Positions 27,472 to 36,808 of a DNA stretch of 44,440 nucleotides are shown piece after piece. The notes under the pieces were generated by a model that saw nothing but the letters and a program-made list of their open reading frames with translations, had not been told where the DNA came from and did no database searches. Origin of the DNA: Chthoniobacteraceae bacterium. Lineage in GTDB: Bacteria > Verrucomicrobiota > Verrucomicrobiia > Chthoniobacterales > Chthoniobacteraceae. The stretch is taken from NCBI GenBank assembly GCA_031409655.1, contig JANNXQ010000183.1, positions 1-44,440 of the forward strand, read 5' to 3'. The stretch's first letter is position 1; every line of letters begins with the position of its first letter. Both the position numbers and the translations under genes were made by a program.

Positions 27472-28791
27472 ATGAACCCCTCAGACCCACTCAGTTCCCG
27501 TCGTGACTTCATCAAAGGCTCCTCGGCTGCGCTCGTCGCCGCTGGCGTTGCGTCCACGATCAGTTTTCCTTCCGTGCTCCGCGGTGCGGGGCCGACGGGC
27601 AAGCTGAAGATCGGCTTCATCGGCTGTGGCGGACGCGGCACGGGTGCAGCGAATCAGGCGCTCAGCGCTGAGAGCGACTTGGTGCTTTGGGCGATGGGTG
27701 ACGTCTTTGACGATCGGCTGCAGACCAGCCGCGAGATTCTCGCAAAGCAGCACTCGAACAAAGTCGATGTGCCCAAGGAGCGGCAATTCGTGGGGCTCGA
27801 TGCGTATCAGAAGGTGATCGATAGCGGAGTGGATGTCGTGCTCTGCACCACGCCGCCCGCGTTCCGCCCGATTCACTTCAAAGCCGCCGTCGCTGCGGGC
27901 AAACACTGCTTTTTGGAGAAGCCGATGGCTACCGACGCGCCTGGCTATCGCTCGGTGATCGAGACCGTAGCCGAGGCGAAAAAGAAAAACCTCGGGGTGT
28001 GCGCGGGCTTCTGCTGGCGCTACCACCCGGCGATGCGCGAGACCTTTGCGCGGATGAAAGGCGGCGAGATCGGCCGCGTGCTCGCGAACTACAACAACTA
28101 CAACGGCGGCGCGAGCGACCGCTACCAGAATTACCAGCGCGAGAACTGCAAGACCGACCTCGAGTGGCAACTGCGCCGCTGGTACTATTTTACCTGGCTC
28201 TCGGGGGATCATCTCGTCGAGCAGGCCTGTCACAGCATCGACAAGATGGCGTGGGTCTTCGGCGACAAGCCGCCGGAAAAGTGCGTGGGCACCGGTGGCC
28301 GGCAGGTGCGCACCGAGGAGAAATACGGCAATATCTTCGACCACTTCGCGCTGGTGTACGATTTCGAGGGCGGCAGCCGGGGGTTCCACTACAGCCGGCA
28401 GATGGCCAATACTGCGGGGTCGAACACGGACACCTTTTACGGGTCAAAAGGCATCTGCGAAATCAACGGTTCGCTGAAGCAGTTCTACATCAAGGATCTC
28501 GATGGCAACGTCGCCTGGCGCTACAAGGGCGACCCCGAGGACATGTACCAGGTCGAGCACAACGAGTTTTTCGCCTCGATCCGCAAAGGCGAACCGCTTA
28601 ATGACGGCGACCGCATGGCCTCGAGCACGCTGATGGCGATCATGGGCCGCATGGCTGCCTACACTGGCCAGGAAATCACCTGGGAGATGGCGCAAAAGTC
28701 GCAGGAGCGGCTGGTGCCTGAGACGCTCGACTGGGACATGAAGCTCCCCACGCCGCCCGTGGCGATGCCGGGCATCACCAAGTACAGCTAG
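27472..28791 (+). CDS. Tat-exported Gfo/Idh/MocA-family oxidoreductase
   Basis: SRRDFIK twin-arginine motif, [18 protein letters not shown]. Confidence 0.93.
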   Translation: MNPSDPLSSRRDFIKGSSAALVAAGVASTISFPSVLRGAGPTGKLKIGFIGCGGRGTGAANQALSAESDLVLWAMGDVFDDRLQTSREILAKQHSNKVDVPKERQFVGLDAYQKVIDSGVDVVLCTTPPAFRPIHFKAAVAAGKHCFLEKPMATDAPGYRSVIETVAEAKKKNLGVCAGFCWRYHPAMRETFARMKGGEIGRVLANYNNYNGGASDRYQNYQRENCKTDLEWQLRRWYYFTWLSGDHLVEQACHSIDKMAWVFGDKPPEKCVGTGGRQVRTEEKYGNIFDHFALVYDFEGGSRGFHYSRQMANTAGSNTDTFYGSKGICEINGSLKQFYIKDLDGNVAWRYKGDPEDMYQVEHNEFFASIRKGEPLNDGDRMASSTLMAIMGRMAAYTGQEITWEMAQKSQERLVPETLDWDMKLPTPPVAMPGITKYS

Positions 28792-28894
28792 GCGCTGAGG
28801 GACGGGAATTTCGAGGCGGCACGGTCCTCCGGGGTCGTGCCGCCTGCGTTTTTCCCCAGCGGTTCACAGGGTGGGGCAGGGTCTCCGCGGGCGC

Positions 28895-28912
28895 TTGTGA
28901 AACATTTCACAA
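28895..28912. promoter_or_regulatory. Perfect Rex-operator-type palindrome TTGTGAA-ACAT-TTCACAA
   Basis: Exact match to the TTGTGAA-N4-TTCACAA consensus, 43 bp before the nuoB ATG. Confidence 0.8.
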
Positions 28913-28955
28913 ATTCACCTTGGCCGTCATGCAGGGTGGCTTTATCAGTCACACC

Positions 28956-29489
28956 ATGAGCACCGCCACACCGGTCGGATACGACTCCAAAATCGAAGGC
29001 AACGTCATCATCACGCGGCTCGATGCCTCGATCAATTGGATGCGCAAAAACTCCCTTTGGCCGATGCCGATGGGCCTCGCCTGCTGCGCCATCGAACTCA
29101 TGGCCACTGGGGCGTCGCGCTTCGATATTGCGCGTTTCGGCGCGGAAGTGATGCGCTTTTCTCCGCGCCAGAGCGATGTGATGATCGTCGCCGGCACGGT
29201 GACCTACAAGATGGCGCTCGCGGTCAAGCGGATCTGGGACCAGATGCCGGAGCCAAAGTGGTGCATCGCTATGGGCGCGTGCGCGTCGAGCGGCGGCATG
29301 TATCGGAGCTACGCGGTGCTGCAAGGGATCGATCAACTGATCCCGGTGGACGTTTACATTTCCGGCTGTCCGCCGCGTCCTGAGGCACTCATCGAAGGCT
29401 TGCTCCGGCTCCAGCGGAAGATCGACACCGAGCATTCCTTCCTCGCGCAGAAAAAAGAGCTTTTCGCCAGCCTCGAAAGCCTGACCTGA
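28956..29489 (+). CDS. nuoB: NADH-quinone oxidoreductase subunit B
   Basis: [35 protein letters not shown]. Confidence 0.98.
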   Translation: MSTATPVGYDSKIEGNVIITRLDASINWMRKNSLWPMPMGLACCAIELMATGASRFDIARFGAEVMRFSPRQSDVMIVAGTVTYKMALAVKRIWDQMPEPKWCIAMGACASSGGMYRSYAVLQGIDQLIPVDVYISGCPPRPEALIEGLLRLQRKIDTEHSFLAQKKELFASLESLT

Positions 29490-29494
29490 ATCAC

Positions 29495-30070
29495 ATGAGC
29501 GCACCGAATTTCAAATCGGCCGTTGCCGCGCTTGAGGCGAAGTATCAAGTAGCGAGAAAGACGGAGTTTCGCGGAGAGACCACGCTGCTGGTCGATCGTT
29601 CGCAACTTCACGACCTTGCCCGCTTTGCCAAAGAGGATTTGGGATTCACCTACCTCGTGGACATCTCCGGGCTCGACCACTTTGGCGAAGAGCCCCGTTT
29701 CGAGGTGGTGTACGAGCTCTATCAGTTTGAGCGGGGTGAGTATCTGCGGCTGAAAGTGCGCGTGAGCGAGGACGACCTGACCGTGGCCACGGTGAGCGAC
29801 CTCTGGGCGACGGCGGATTGGCACGAGCGCGAGACTTACGACATGTACGGGATCAAGTTCACGGGCCATCCTGATCTGCGCCGCATCCTGATGTGGGAGG
29901 GCTACCCGTTTTTCCCGCTGCGAAAGGATTTTCCGCTCGCCGGCAAGCCAAGTGATATGCCCGACGTCGCCTTCACGAATGCCGCGCCGCTCGCGGGCGG
30001 TCCCTTTGTCACTGCGCCGAGTACGGCGCCCACCCAAGATCGCGAGCCCCGTTCCCGCGAAGTGGGGTAG
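29495..30070 (+). CDS. nuoC: NADH-quinone oxidoreductase subunit C
   Basis: RFEVVY, WHERETYDMYGIKFTGHPDLRRIL, PLRKDFPL. Confidence 0.97.
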   Translation: MSAPNFKSAVAALEAKYQVARKTEFRGETTLLVDRSQLHDLARFAKEDLGFTYLVDISGLDHFGEEPRFEVVYELYQFERGEYLRLKVRVSEDDLTVATVSDLWATADWHERETYDMYGIKFTGHPDLRRILMWEGYPFFPLRKDFPLAGKPSDMPDVAFTNAAPLAGGPFVTAPSTAPTQDREPRSREVG

Positions 30071-30162
30071 GCGCTGAGGGAAATCTAGGGCACCGTCTGG
30101 AGGGTATTTTGTAAGATTTAGTCTTACCCGCTGGACTGGAAATGGGCCTACAGAATTTGCAG

Positions 30163-30178
30163 CGGCATTCGGCTTGCG
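30163..30178 (+). promoter_or_regulatory. Candidate sigma54 (-24/-12) promoter of the PEP-CTERM gene
   Basis: CGGCATTCGGCTTGCG has GG-N10-GC with GGCA and TTGC; palindrome GTAAGA-N5-TCTTAC at 30111-30127 lies upstream. Confidence 0.55.
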
Positions 30179-30288
30179 GTTGGCGTGCGAAGTCGTCATT
30201 CTCGCCCAAGTTTCGAAAAGGAAACACCCGACCTTGTGCAAAAATCCCCGGTCGTCGCTTGAATCAAACTTTAGAATTACAGAAATTT

Positions 30289-31371
30289 ATGAAAACAACT
30301 CGCACTCTATCAACTTTTGGAAAAGTCCTCTCGGGACTCATCGCGGTTGGCTTCACCTGCAATGTTCACGCGCTCGATCTCGTGTATTTGGAAGCTGGAT
30401 TTGGTCACAATGTCGGTGATGCATTCACCGGCGGTGGGCTCAGCATCAAGATCCAAGACTGGGACGCCGGTACCACTTACACGAATGGCTTGGCGCAACT
30501 GGCAGTTGGTACCACTCGAGGCTTCGGTCAGGACGGCACTGGCACGCAATCGGTCCTTGGCGGTGTTCAGGAATTGAATTCCTTGGCGGGGATCACAACG
30601 ACCCAAGCGGTGGGTGCCCGGGAGCTTGGCCTTTTCGGTGCGGGTGCGGCCCGTCTCGAAGATACTTGGGGCATTGCCAAGGTCACCAGCATTAGTGACT
30701 CGAACGGTCTTTTAATCTGGTCTTCGATCCCCACCCAGACGGAACTGACGGCATTGTTTTACGGCGAGCAGGACACGTATTTTAAGCAAACGGCAAACGA
30801 CACGATCACCACGAGCGGGGTGGGTCTGCGGATTGATCTTTGGGAGCAATCGCTGGTGGCGATTCCCCCGGGACAGACGTTTAACCAAAGCGGTGGACCT
30901 ACCGTCAATCGCGGCGCGAGTGGGTTGGAGTATTTGAGCGTGACCGAGGGGACCAAGCTTTTCACCCTACAGTCCACCGCCGGCTTCCTGCACCAGGACG
31001 GCGTCCTCGGTGGTTCCGCTGCAGAGTTTGAAACCAACTTTAATATCGCCGGAGGAAAGGGCGAAGGAGCTGCTTATTTGAACGTGGTCGCCGGTTCCGG
31101 AACCGAGGCGACGAAATGGGATACCAACAGTGTTTCAAGCAATGTTTCCGCACCCGGTCTTTTCGCAGACTTTGCAATCTCGTTCACGACGGATTCCCGG
31201 ACATCCGCTCAGGGAAATTCGACGAACAAGTTTGACTGGCTGGTCACGAGTGATGATCCGATCAAGGCCTTCATTGGCTCTCCTGTGCCCGAGCCCGCGA
31301 CGGGGCTCGCTGGACTAGCGTGCTTGATCCCCGCGCTCGGACGCCGCCGGAAGTCAGAAAAACGCGCGTAG
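30289..31371 (+). CDS. PEP-CTERM sorting-signal surface protein
   Basis: Signal peptide ending VHA; Gly/Thr/Ser-rich body; C-terminal VPEP, hydrophobic stretch, RRRK. Confidence 0.9.
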   Translation: MKTTRTLSTFGKVLSGLIAVGFTCNVHALDLVYLEAGFGHNVGDAFTGGGLSIKIQDWDAGTTYTNGLAQLAVGTTRGFGQDGTGTQSVLGGVQELNSLAGITTTQAVGARELGLFGAGAARLEDTWGIAKVTSISDSNGLLIWSSIPTQTELTALFYGEQDTYFKQTANDTITTSGVGLRIDLWEQSLVAIPPGQTFNQSGGPTVNRGASGLEYLSVTEGTKLFTLQSTAGFLHQDGVLGGSAAEFETNFNIAGGKGEGAAYLNVVAGSGTEATKWDTNSVSSNVSAPGLFADFAISFTTDSRTSAQGNSTNKFDWLVTSDDPIKAFIGSPVPEPATGLAGLACLIPALGRRRKSEKRA

Positions 31372-31411
31372 CTGTCCGCTCGGGTCGAGGGAAAAATCGC
31401 GGGGCTCGTTG

Positions 31412-31431
31412 GTCGTTCCGTTTGGAACGAC
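31412..31431. terminator. Short perfect hairpin between convergent genes
   Basis: GTCGTTCC-GTTT-GGAACGAC; no U-tract, so terminator function is uncertain. Confidence 0.3.
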
Positions 31432-31562
31432 GGTCATTGAGTATTTCAGTCGAGTGGCTGTTAGCGGAGCCTCCCGCACCCGTGGGTGATTGAGTCGGCT
31501 CGGATGGAACTGGTCAGAAGAGGAGAGGTGAAAGTCCTATTTCCGGCCGGTGATCCGTGGAG

Positions 31563-33002
31563 TCAGCTCAGGATAGACTTGACCACGGTTCCACTCACGT
31601 CGGTTAGGCGGAAGTCTCTTCCGGCATACTTGAAGGTGAGTTTTTCGTGATCGAGGCCCAGTGCAGCGAGGATCGTGGCGTGCAGGTCGTGAATCTGCAC
31701 CTTGTCCTGAATGGCTTCGTAACCGTATTCGTCCGTCTCGCCGTAGCTCAGGCCGCCTTTGATGCCGCCGCCGGCCATCCACACGGTGAAGGCTTTGTTG
31801 TTGTGATCGCGGCCGTCGCCGCCTTGGGCGTGGGGTGTCCGTCCGAATTCTCCGGCCCACACGACCAGCGTGTCCTTGAGGAGGCCGCGGGCTTTCAGGT
31901 CGGTCAGGAGACCAGCGATCGGACTGTCCACGGCTCGGCAGTTACTCGATAGGGCCGTGGAGAGATTGAAGTGCTGGTCCCAGTTCCCATGCGTCACTTC
32001 CACGAACCGCACGCCAGCTTCGATCATGCGCCGTGCGAGCAGGCATTTCTGCCCGAAGTCTTCCGCGCCGAAGCTGGCCCCGCCACCGCCCCCGGCCATC
32101 ATTCCGCCACCTCCGCGGGACTCGCCGATCCCGTAGAGCTTTTTCGTCGCCTGGGACTCTTTTGAGATGTCCATGACCTGCGGCATCTCGCTCTGCATCT
32201 TGAAGGCGAGTTCATAAGATTCGATCACACCTTCCACATCAGGATTCACGCGGTCACGCGCCAGCTTCTCGCGGTTGAGCGCCTGCAAGAGTTCGAGTTC
32301 CGCTCGCTGGGCTTGCGGACTCAGTTGGGAGGCGATGTTCCGCACTTCGGCATTGGCCATCGGACGCCCTTCGGCACCGATGCGCGTCGCCTGATATATC
32401 GCGGGGAGGAAGGCGCTGCCGTAATTTTGTGCGCCCCCAAAGCCGCTCGGTGGCGTGAGCGTGACGAAGCCCGGGAGGTTTTCGTTTGCCGACCCGAGGC
32501 CGTAGAGCGTCCATGCCCCGAGGGACGGCCGCGGAAACTGCGAGTTGCCCGTGTGCATTTTGAGAAAGGCCTGGGGGTGCGCGGGGAGGTCGGTTTGCAT
32601 CGAGCGGATGAGGCAGAGATCATCGGCGTGCTTTGCGACATTTGGAAAAAGCTCCGAGATCCACAGGCCGCTCTGCCCGTGCTGGGCAAACTTCCACTTC
32701 GAACCGAGCAGCTTCGTGCCTGGCCGCTTACCGGGTTTGTCGTGGTCGGCGGTGAGCTGCGGCTTGTAGTCGAAAGTGTCCACGTGCGATGGCCCGCCGC
32801 GCATCGTGAGGAAGATCACGCGCTTCGCTTTCGCCGGAAAATGCGGAGCCTTCGGCGCAAGTGGGCCGAGAGCCGGAGCGACCGCGCCACGCGCCGCGAG
32901 TCCGGCAAAGGCGAGGTAGCCAAAGCCGCACGACACACTGCGGAGGATGTCGCGACGGGTGAAAAGCGGGGTGATGCTGTTGCAGGAGTGATCGGAGTTC
33001 AT
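31563..33002 (-). CDS. DUF1501 family protein with Tat-like signal
   Basis: TRRDILR, AKRVIFL.M.GGPSHVDTFDYKP, RPSLGAW..YGLG, LLARR..EAGVRFVE, WDQH, GEFGRTP, GRDH, RLTDV.G. Confidence 0.95.
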   Translation of the reverse strand: MNSDHSCNSITPLFTRRDILRSVSCGFGYLAFAGLAARGAVAPALGPLAPKAPHFPAKAKRVIFLTMRGGPSHVDTFDYKPQLTADHDKPGKRPGTKLLGSKWKFAQHGQSGLWISELFPNVAKHADDLCLIRSMQTDLPAHPQAFLKMHTGNSQFPRPSLGAWTLYGLGSANENLPGFVTLTPPSGFGGAQNYGSAFLPAIYQATRIGAEGRPMANAEVRNIASQLSPQAQRAELELLQALNREKLARDRVNPDVEGVIESYELAFKMQSEMPQVMDISKESQATKKLYGIGESRGGGGMMAGGGGGASFGAEDFGQKCLLARRMIEAGVRFVEVTHGNWDQHFNLSTALSSNCRAVDSPIAGLLTDLKARGLLKDTLVVWAGEFGRTPHAQGGDGRDHNNKAFTVWMAGGGIKGGLSYGETDEYGYEAIQDKVQIHDLHATILAALGLDHEKLTFKYAGRDFRLTDVSGTVVKSILS

Positions 33003-33004
33003 GG

Positions 33005-35662
33005 CTAGTTCAAGTAACGGAATTCGGCGCTCGCAAAGAGCACCCGGCAAAAGCTGGTCCACGCGGCTTTGACATCCTCGGCGTCGCGGACTGCGTCGGT
33101 CGTGGTATCGCCCTTTTCCCAATTTGCAGGGAACTTACTAAAGAAGCTGGCCGCCGCAGTGCGCTCGACCGGATTGGGGCCGCGGGCGAAGACGAGCCAA
33201 TAAGCGTAGGCGATGCGCTGATCGAAGTTCGCACTGACGCCACCGTTCGGGCCGCCGGGGTAACCCTTGAGCACGCGCGCTGCGAGTGCCGCTGACTGCG
33301 TTGCGGCGAAGTCGCTATTCAGAAGATAGAGCGCTTGCGAAGGAACGTTTGTAGTCTCGCGGGCGCCAGTGACGAGGCTCGTCTCAGCAAAGTCGAAGAC
33401 GGCGAGCGAGTCGGGCACCACGTCGCGGGCGATCGGCAGATACACGCTGCGGACATTGCCGCCAGCATTGACGATCGAGTCTTCGCTCGTGCCCCGGAAC
33501 CGCGGGCCGCCGATCGGGCCGTCGCCGCTCCGCGCGATCGGAGAAGCGATGGCTGGTGTGAGTTGGAGCTGGCCGCTCGCGGCGAGCATGGCGTCGCGGA
33601 CACACTCGGCATCGAGTCGGCGTTTGCTCATCCTCCAGACGAGCGTGTTTTGCGGGTCGGCGGCGAAACTCTTTTCGTCGTGCGCGGAACTGAGCTGATA
33701 CGCCCGACTCGTGACCACATCTTTGATGAGCCGCTTCACCGACCAGCCGTCGCTCGCGAACTGACTCGCGAGATGGTCGAGCAGCGCGGGATCGCTCGGC
33801 TGCTGTCCCGTGGTGCCAAAGTTATCCACGCTTTCCACCAAGCCCTGGCCAAAGAGCCAGTGCCACACGCGATTCACCATCACGCGTGCAGTGAGCGGAT
33901 GCGCTGGCGAGACCAGCCATTCGGCGAGTTCGCGGCGGCCGCTTTCCGCTTTTGAAATCTCCACCGGCGTGGAAAGCGTGAGCACAGCGGGGAATCCGCG
34001 TGGCACTTTCTCGCCCGGCTTATCGACGTCGCCGCGGGCGAAGAGTGGGCTCTCGGTGATCGTCGGGAAAGCCGGCATTCCGCCGGGAAATCCGCCTCCA
34101 CCTTGGAAACGCCCACGCATCCCGTCGCGAAAACGATCGCCAGGTCCGCCACCCATACTTGGCGCTGGCCGATCTTTCACCCCCATCGCGAGCGCCTTGG
34201 GTTGGCCGTCTGCCTCATACGATTTCAAAGTCTGCCGGATCGAGCCGGTCTCACTCAACGCGCGCAGGCGGCGCAATTGGTCCGCACCATTCGCAGCACC
34301 GCCCGGCGCGGAATTGGCACCCGGCTTCATCCGTCCCCCCAATGCTGCCGGCAGATCGTCGCGGAACTCTTCGAGCCGCTTCTCCATTCCCGCACGCATT
34401 CCGGCGGTGAGCGGATTCACGGCCACCGGGAGGCCGGCCCCTTTCGGGAGTTCGATAAGTTCACTCGAGCGACGATTCTGAATACCAAAGGCGGTGCCGT
34501 AGCGTGGCTCGGTGCTGAGGAAGATGCCGGCCAGCGCGTAGTACTCGCGCTGCGCGATCGGGTCGAACTTGTGATCGTGGCAGCGGGCGCAGGCGACGGT
34601 CAGACCCATGACCGCTTGCGAGACGGTGTCGATCTGCTCATCCGCGACATCGAGGGCAAACTGCCGCGGATTCTGCTCGTTCAGACCCTTTGGACCGATC
34701 GCGAGAAAGCCCGTCGCGACGAGCTTGTCGGCCTTGTCGCGGTCGTCTTTCGCAGGCAGCAGATCACCCGCGATCTGCTCGCGGATGAACTGGTCGTAAG
34801 GCTTGTCCGCATTGAACGCACCGATGACATAGTCTCGATACCGCCAGGCGTGCGGAAAGGCCACGTTCACATCCTTGCCCGTCGATTCCGCGTAGCGCGC
34901 GACATCGAGCCAGTGCCGTCCCCAGCGTTCGCCGAACTGCGGCGCTGCCAGGAGTTGATCGATCACCTTCTCAAACGCGTTCGGCGCTGAATCCTTGAGG
35001 AAGGTATCGAGTTCCTTTGGTGTCGGCGGCAGTCCGATGATGTCGAAATAAACGCGACGCAGAAGCGTGGCGCGATCCGCGTCAACCACGGGCTTGAGGC
35101 CCCTCTGCTCAAGGCCCGCGAGGAGGAAACGATCGATGTCCGTCTTCGCCCAGGCCGCATTTGTGGGCGTCGGCACCGCAGGTTTCTTAATCGGTTGAAA
35201 GGACCACCACTGCTTCGCTTCGCTGGCGTCGAACTTTTTCACCAACTTCGCCTTCCCATCTCGGGAGTCCGGCGCGCCCATCTTGATCCACGTTTCAAAG
35301 TCCTTGATCACGGAGTCGGAAAGCTTGCCGCCATCCTTCTCCGGCGGCATGGCGAAGTCCTTATTGGTGTGATGAATCGCCTCGATCAGCAGGCTCTCCT
35401 TGACGTCGCCGGGCACCACCGCAGGACCGTTATCTCCGCCGCGCCGGATGCCTTCCCGGGTGTCGAGCACCAGACCTCCGCGGATCTTCTCGGACTGCTC
35501 CGAATGGCACTTGTAGCAGTTCTCCGAAAGCACGGGCCGGATCTTCTTCTCGAAGAAATCCAGATGTTCGGCGCTTGGCTTCTCTCCGGCGTCAGCCGCG
35601 CGAGCCTCGGGCCACGCAGTGGCGAGGAGAAATCCTGCAAGGAGGTGGGCAGTCGTTTTCAT
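33005..35662 (-). CDS. Planctomycete cytochrome c / DUF1549 (PSCyt2) / DUF1553 (PSD1) protein
   Basis: FFEKKIRPVL..CYKCH, WWSFQP, FGERWGRHWLDVARY, CARCHDHKFDPI, TARVMVNRVWHWLFG, QALYLLN; start MKTTAHLL. Confidence 0.95.
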   Translation of the reverse strand: MKTTAHLLAGFLLATAWPEARAADAGEKPSAEHLDFFEKKIRPVLSENCYKCHSEQSEKIRGGLVLDTREGIRRGGDNGPAVVPGDVKESLLIEAIHHTNKDFAMPPEKDGGKLSDSVIKDFETWIKMGAPDSRDGKAKLVKKFDASEAKQWWSFQPIKKPAVPTPTNAAWAKTDIDRFLLAGLEQRGLKPVVDADRATLLRRVYFDIIGLPPTPKELDTFLKDSAPNAFEKVIDQLLAAPQFGERWGRHWLDVARYAESTGKDVNVAFPHAWRYRDYVIGAFNADKPYDQFIREQIAGDLLPAKDDRDKADKLVATGFLAIGPKGLNEQNPRQFALDVADEQIDTVSQAVMGLTVACARCHDHKFDPIAQREYYALAGIFLSTEPRYGTAFGIQNRRSSELIELPKGAGLPVAVNPLTAGMRAGMEKRLEEFRDDLPAALGGRMKPGANSAPGGAANGADQLRRLRALSETGSIRQTLKSYEADGQPKALAMGVKDRPAPSMGGGPGDRFRDGMRGRFQGGGGFPGGMPAFPTITESPLFARGDVDKPGEKVPRGFPAVLTLSTPVEISKAESGRRELAEWLVSPAHPLTARVMVNRVWHWLFGQGLVESVDNFGTTGQQPSDPALLDHLASQFASDGWSVKRLIKDVVTSRAYQLSSAHDEKSFAADPQNTLVWRMSKRRLDAECVRDAMLAASGQLQLTPAIASPIARSGDGPIGGPRFRGTSEDSIVNAGGNVRSVYLPIARDVVPDSLAVFDFAETSLVTGARETTNVPSQALYLLNSDFAATQSAALAARVLKGYPGGPNGGVSANFDQRIAYAYWLVFARGPNPVERTAAASFFSKFPANWEKGDTTTDAVRDAEDVKAAWTSFCRVLFASAEFRYLN

Positions 35663-36124
35663 TGGAAGATGAGGCGGGAAGTTAAAAAAAGCAGATTGCC
35701 GAGACCCTGGGTCGAAGCGGTGCTCGCGCTGCTCTTGCAAACTCTGCAACGCCGCCAAGGTTGCGCTAAGGGTGTCGTGGGTGGCGCGTTTTTGAAGCGA
35801 GCGGGCGATCCCAGAACGTCGCCCACGCCGGGCCGCAGCGCCTTGCCTACTTCCAGCGAATGCGGCCTCACGAGCAGTGGAGTCGCGCATTTTCAGCCGA
35901 GTTTCGCCTTGCCCGACGGCACTTTCCTGCCTAAGTCGTCGGCGGGTCGGGGGCTTACCGCCAGCGACCTCATTGCCAGTCGCCCAACGCAGGCGCGGCG
36001 ATGTCGGAGCCGTCAGCTTCTCCCCTGGATCATTTTCCATCCGGAGCGGACGACGAAACTGCGAACACCGAAAAAAACCGCGTCGAGGATCGCTCCCCCT
36101 GGACGCTTAAGAGCACTGTTCCCT

Positions 36125-36739
36125 ATTCAAATCCAAAATCGTGTCAATGGCCGCATCCGCGCTCGCGAAGTGCGCGTGATCATGGCCTCCACTGGCGAGC
36201 AACTCGGGATCATGAAGTTGCCCGACGCCATCCGCAAAGCGCAGGAAATGGGTCTCGACCTCGTCGAGATTGCGGCGAACGCCCAGCCGCCCGTCTGCCG
36301 AATCGTGGACTTCGGCAAATTCAAGTATGAGGCCGCCAAGCATGAGAAGGACAAGCGGCACAGCGGCTCGAAGCTGAAGGAAATCAAATTTCGGGTGAAC
36401 ATCGACCAGCACGACTACGTGACGAAGCTGAGGCACGGGGAAGAGTTCCTCGACAAGGGCAACAAGGTCCGGGTGCAACTCCAGTTCCGCGGTCGCGAAA
36501 TGGCGCATCAGGAACTCGGCATGGCCCTCATGGGGAAGATCAAGATCGATCTCTCCGGCATGGCGAATGTGGAGCAGGAGCCGAAGCTCATGGGCAAGAG
36601 CATCACCATGACTCTCGCGCCGCTCCCGTCCAACAAGCGCAAGCGCCACTTTTCGACCGAAGGTGAACTCGCCGAGATGCCCGAGGATGACGACGACGAG
36701 GACGAGGCGGAGGCCGACGAGAAGGAAGCGAAGAAATAG
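36125..36739 (+). CDS. infC: Translation initiation factor IF-3, probable ATT start, acidic C-terminal tail
   Basis: RVNGRIRAREVRVI, GLDLVEI...PPVCRIVDFGKFKYE, KEIKFR, FRGREMAH. The start position is inferred. Confidence 0.93.
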   Translation: MQIQNRVNGRIRAREVRVIMASTGEQLGIMKLPDAIRKAQEMGLDLVEIAANAQPPVCRIVDFGKFKYEAAKHEKDKRHSGSKLKEIKFRVNIDQHDYVTKLRHGEEFLDKGNKVRVQLQFRGREMAHQELGMALMGKIKIDLSGMANVEQEPKLMGKSITMTLAPLPSNKRKRHFSTEGELAEMPEDDDDEDEAEADEKEAKK

Positions 36740-36808
36740 GCCAGCAACCGAAAACGGCGAGCGGCTCCGGAAGGCGGGTTCGCGTTGCTGACAGAAACCT
36801 GCTCGACT

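Noticed and set aside
27472..28791. Tat oxidoreductase as the dehydrogenase partner of the DUF1080 cluster
   Set aside because: Chemically plausible, but it is 15 kb away and such genes are typically numerous in PVC genomes; there is no linkage evidence.
35195..36124. Apparent 514-aa IF-3 with a long N-terminal extension
   Set aside because: The extension overlaps the antisense of the DUF1553 gene and looks non-coding; IF-3 similarity begins near 36125.
35663..36124. Possible tRNA or ncRNA upstream of infC
   Set aside because: No cloverleaf, T-loop or known RNA motif was recognisable by eye; a covariance-model search is needed.
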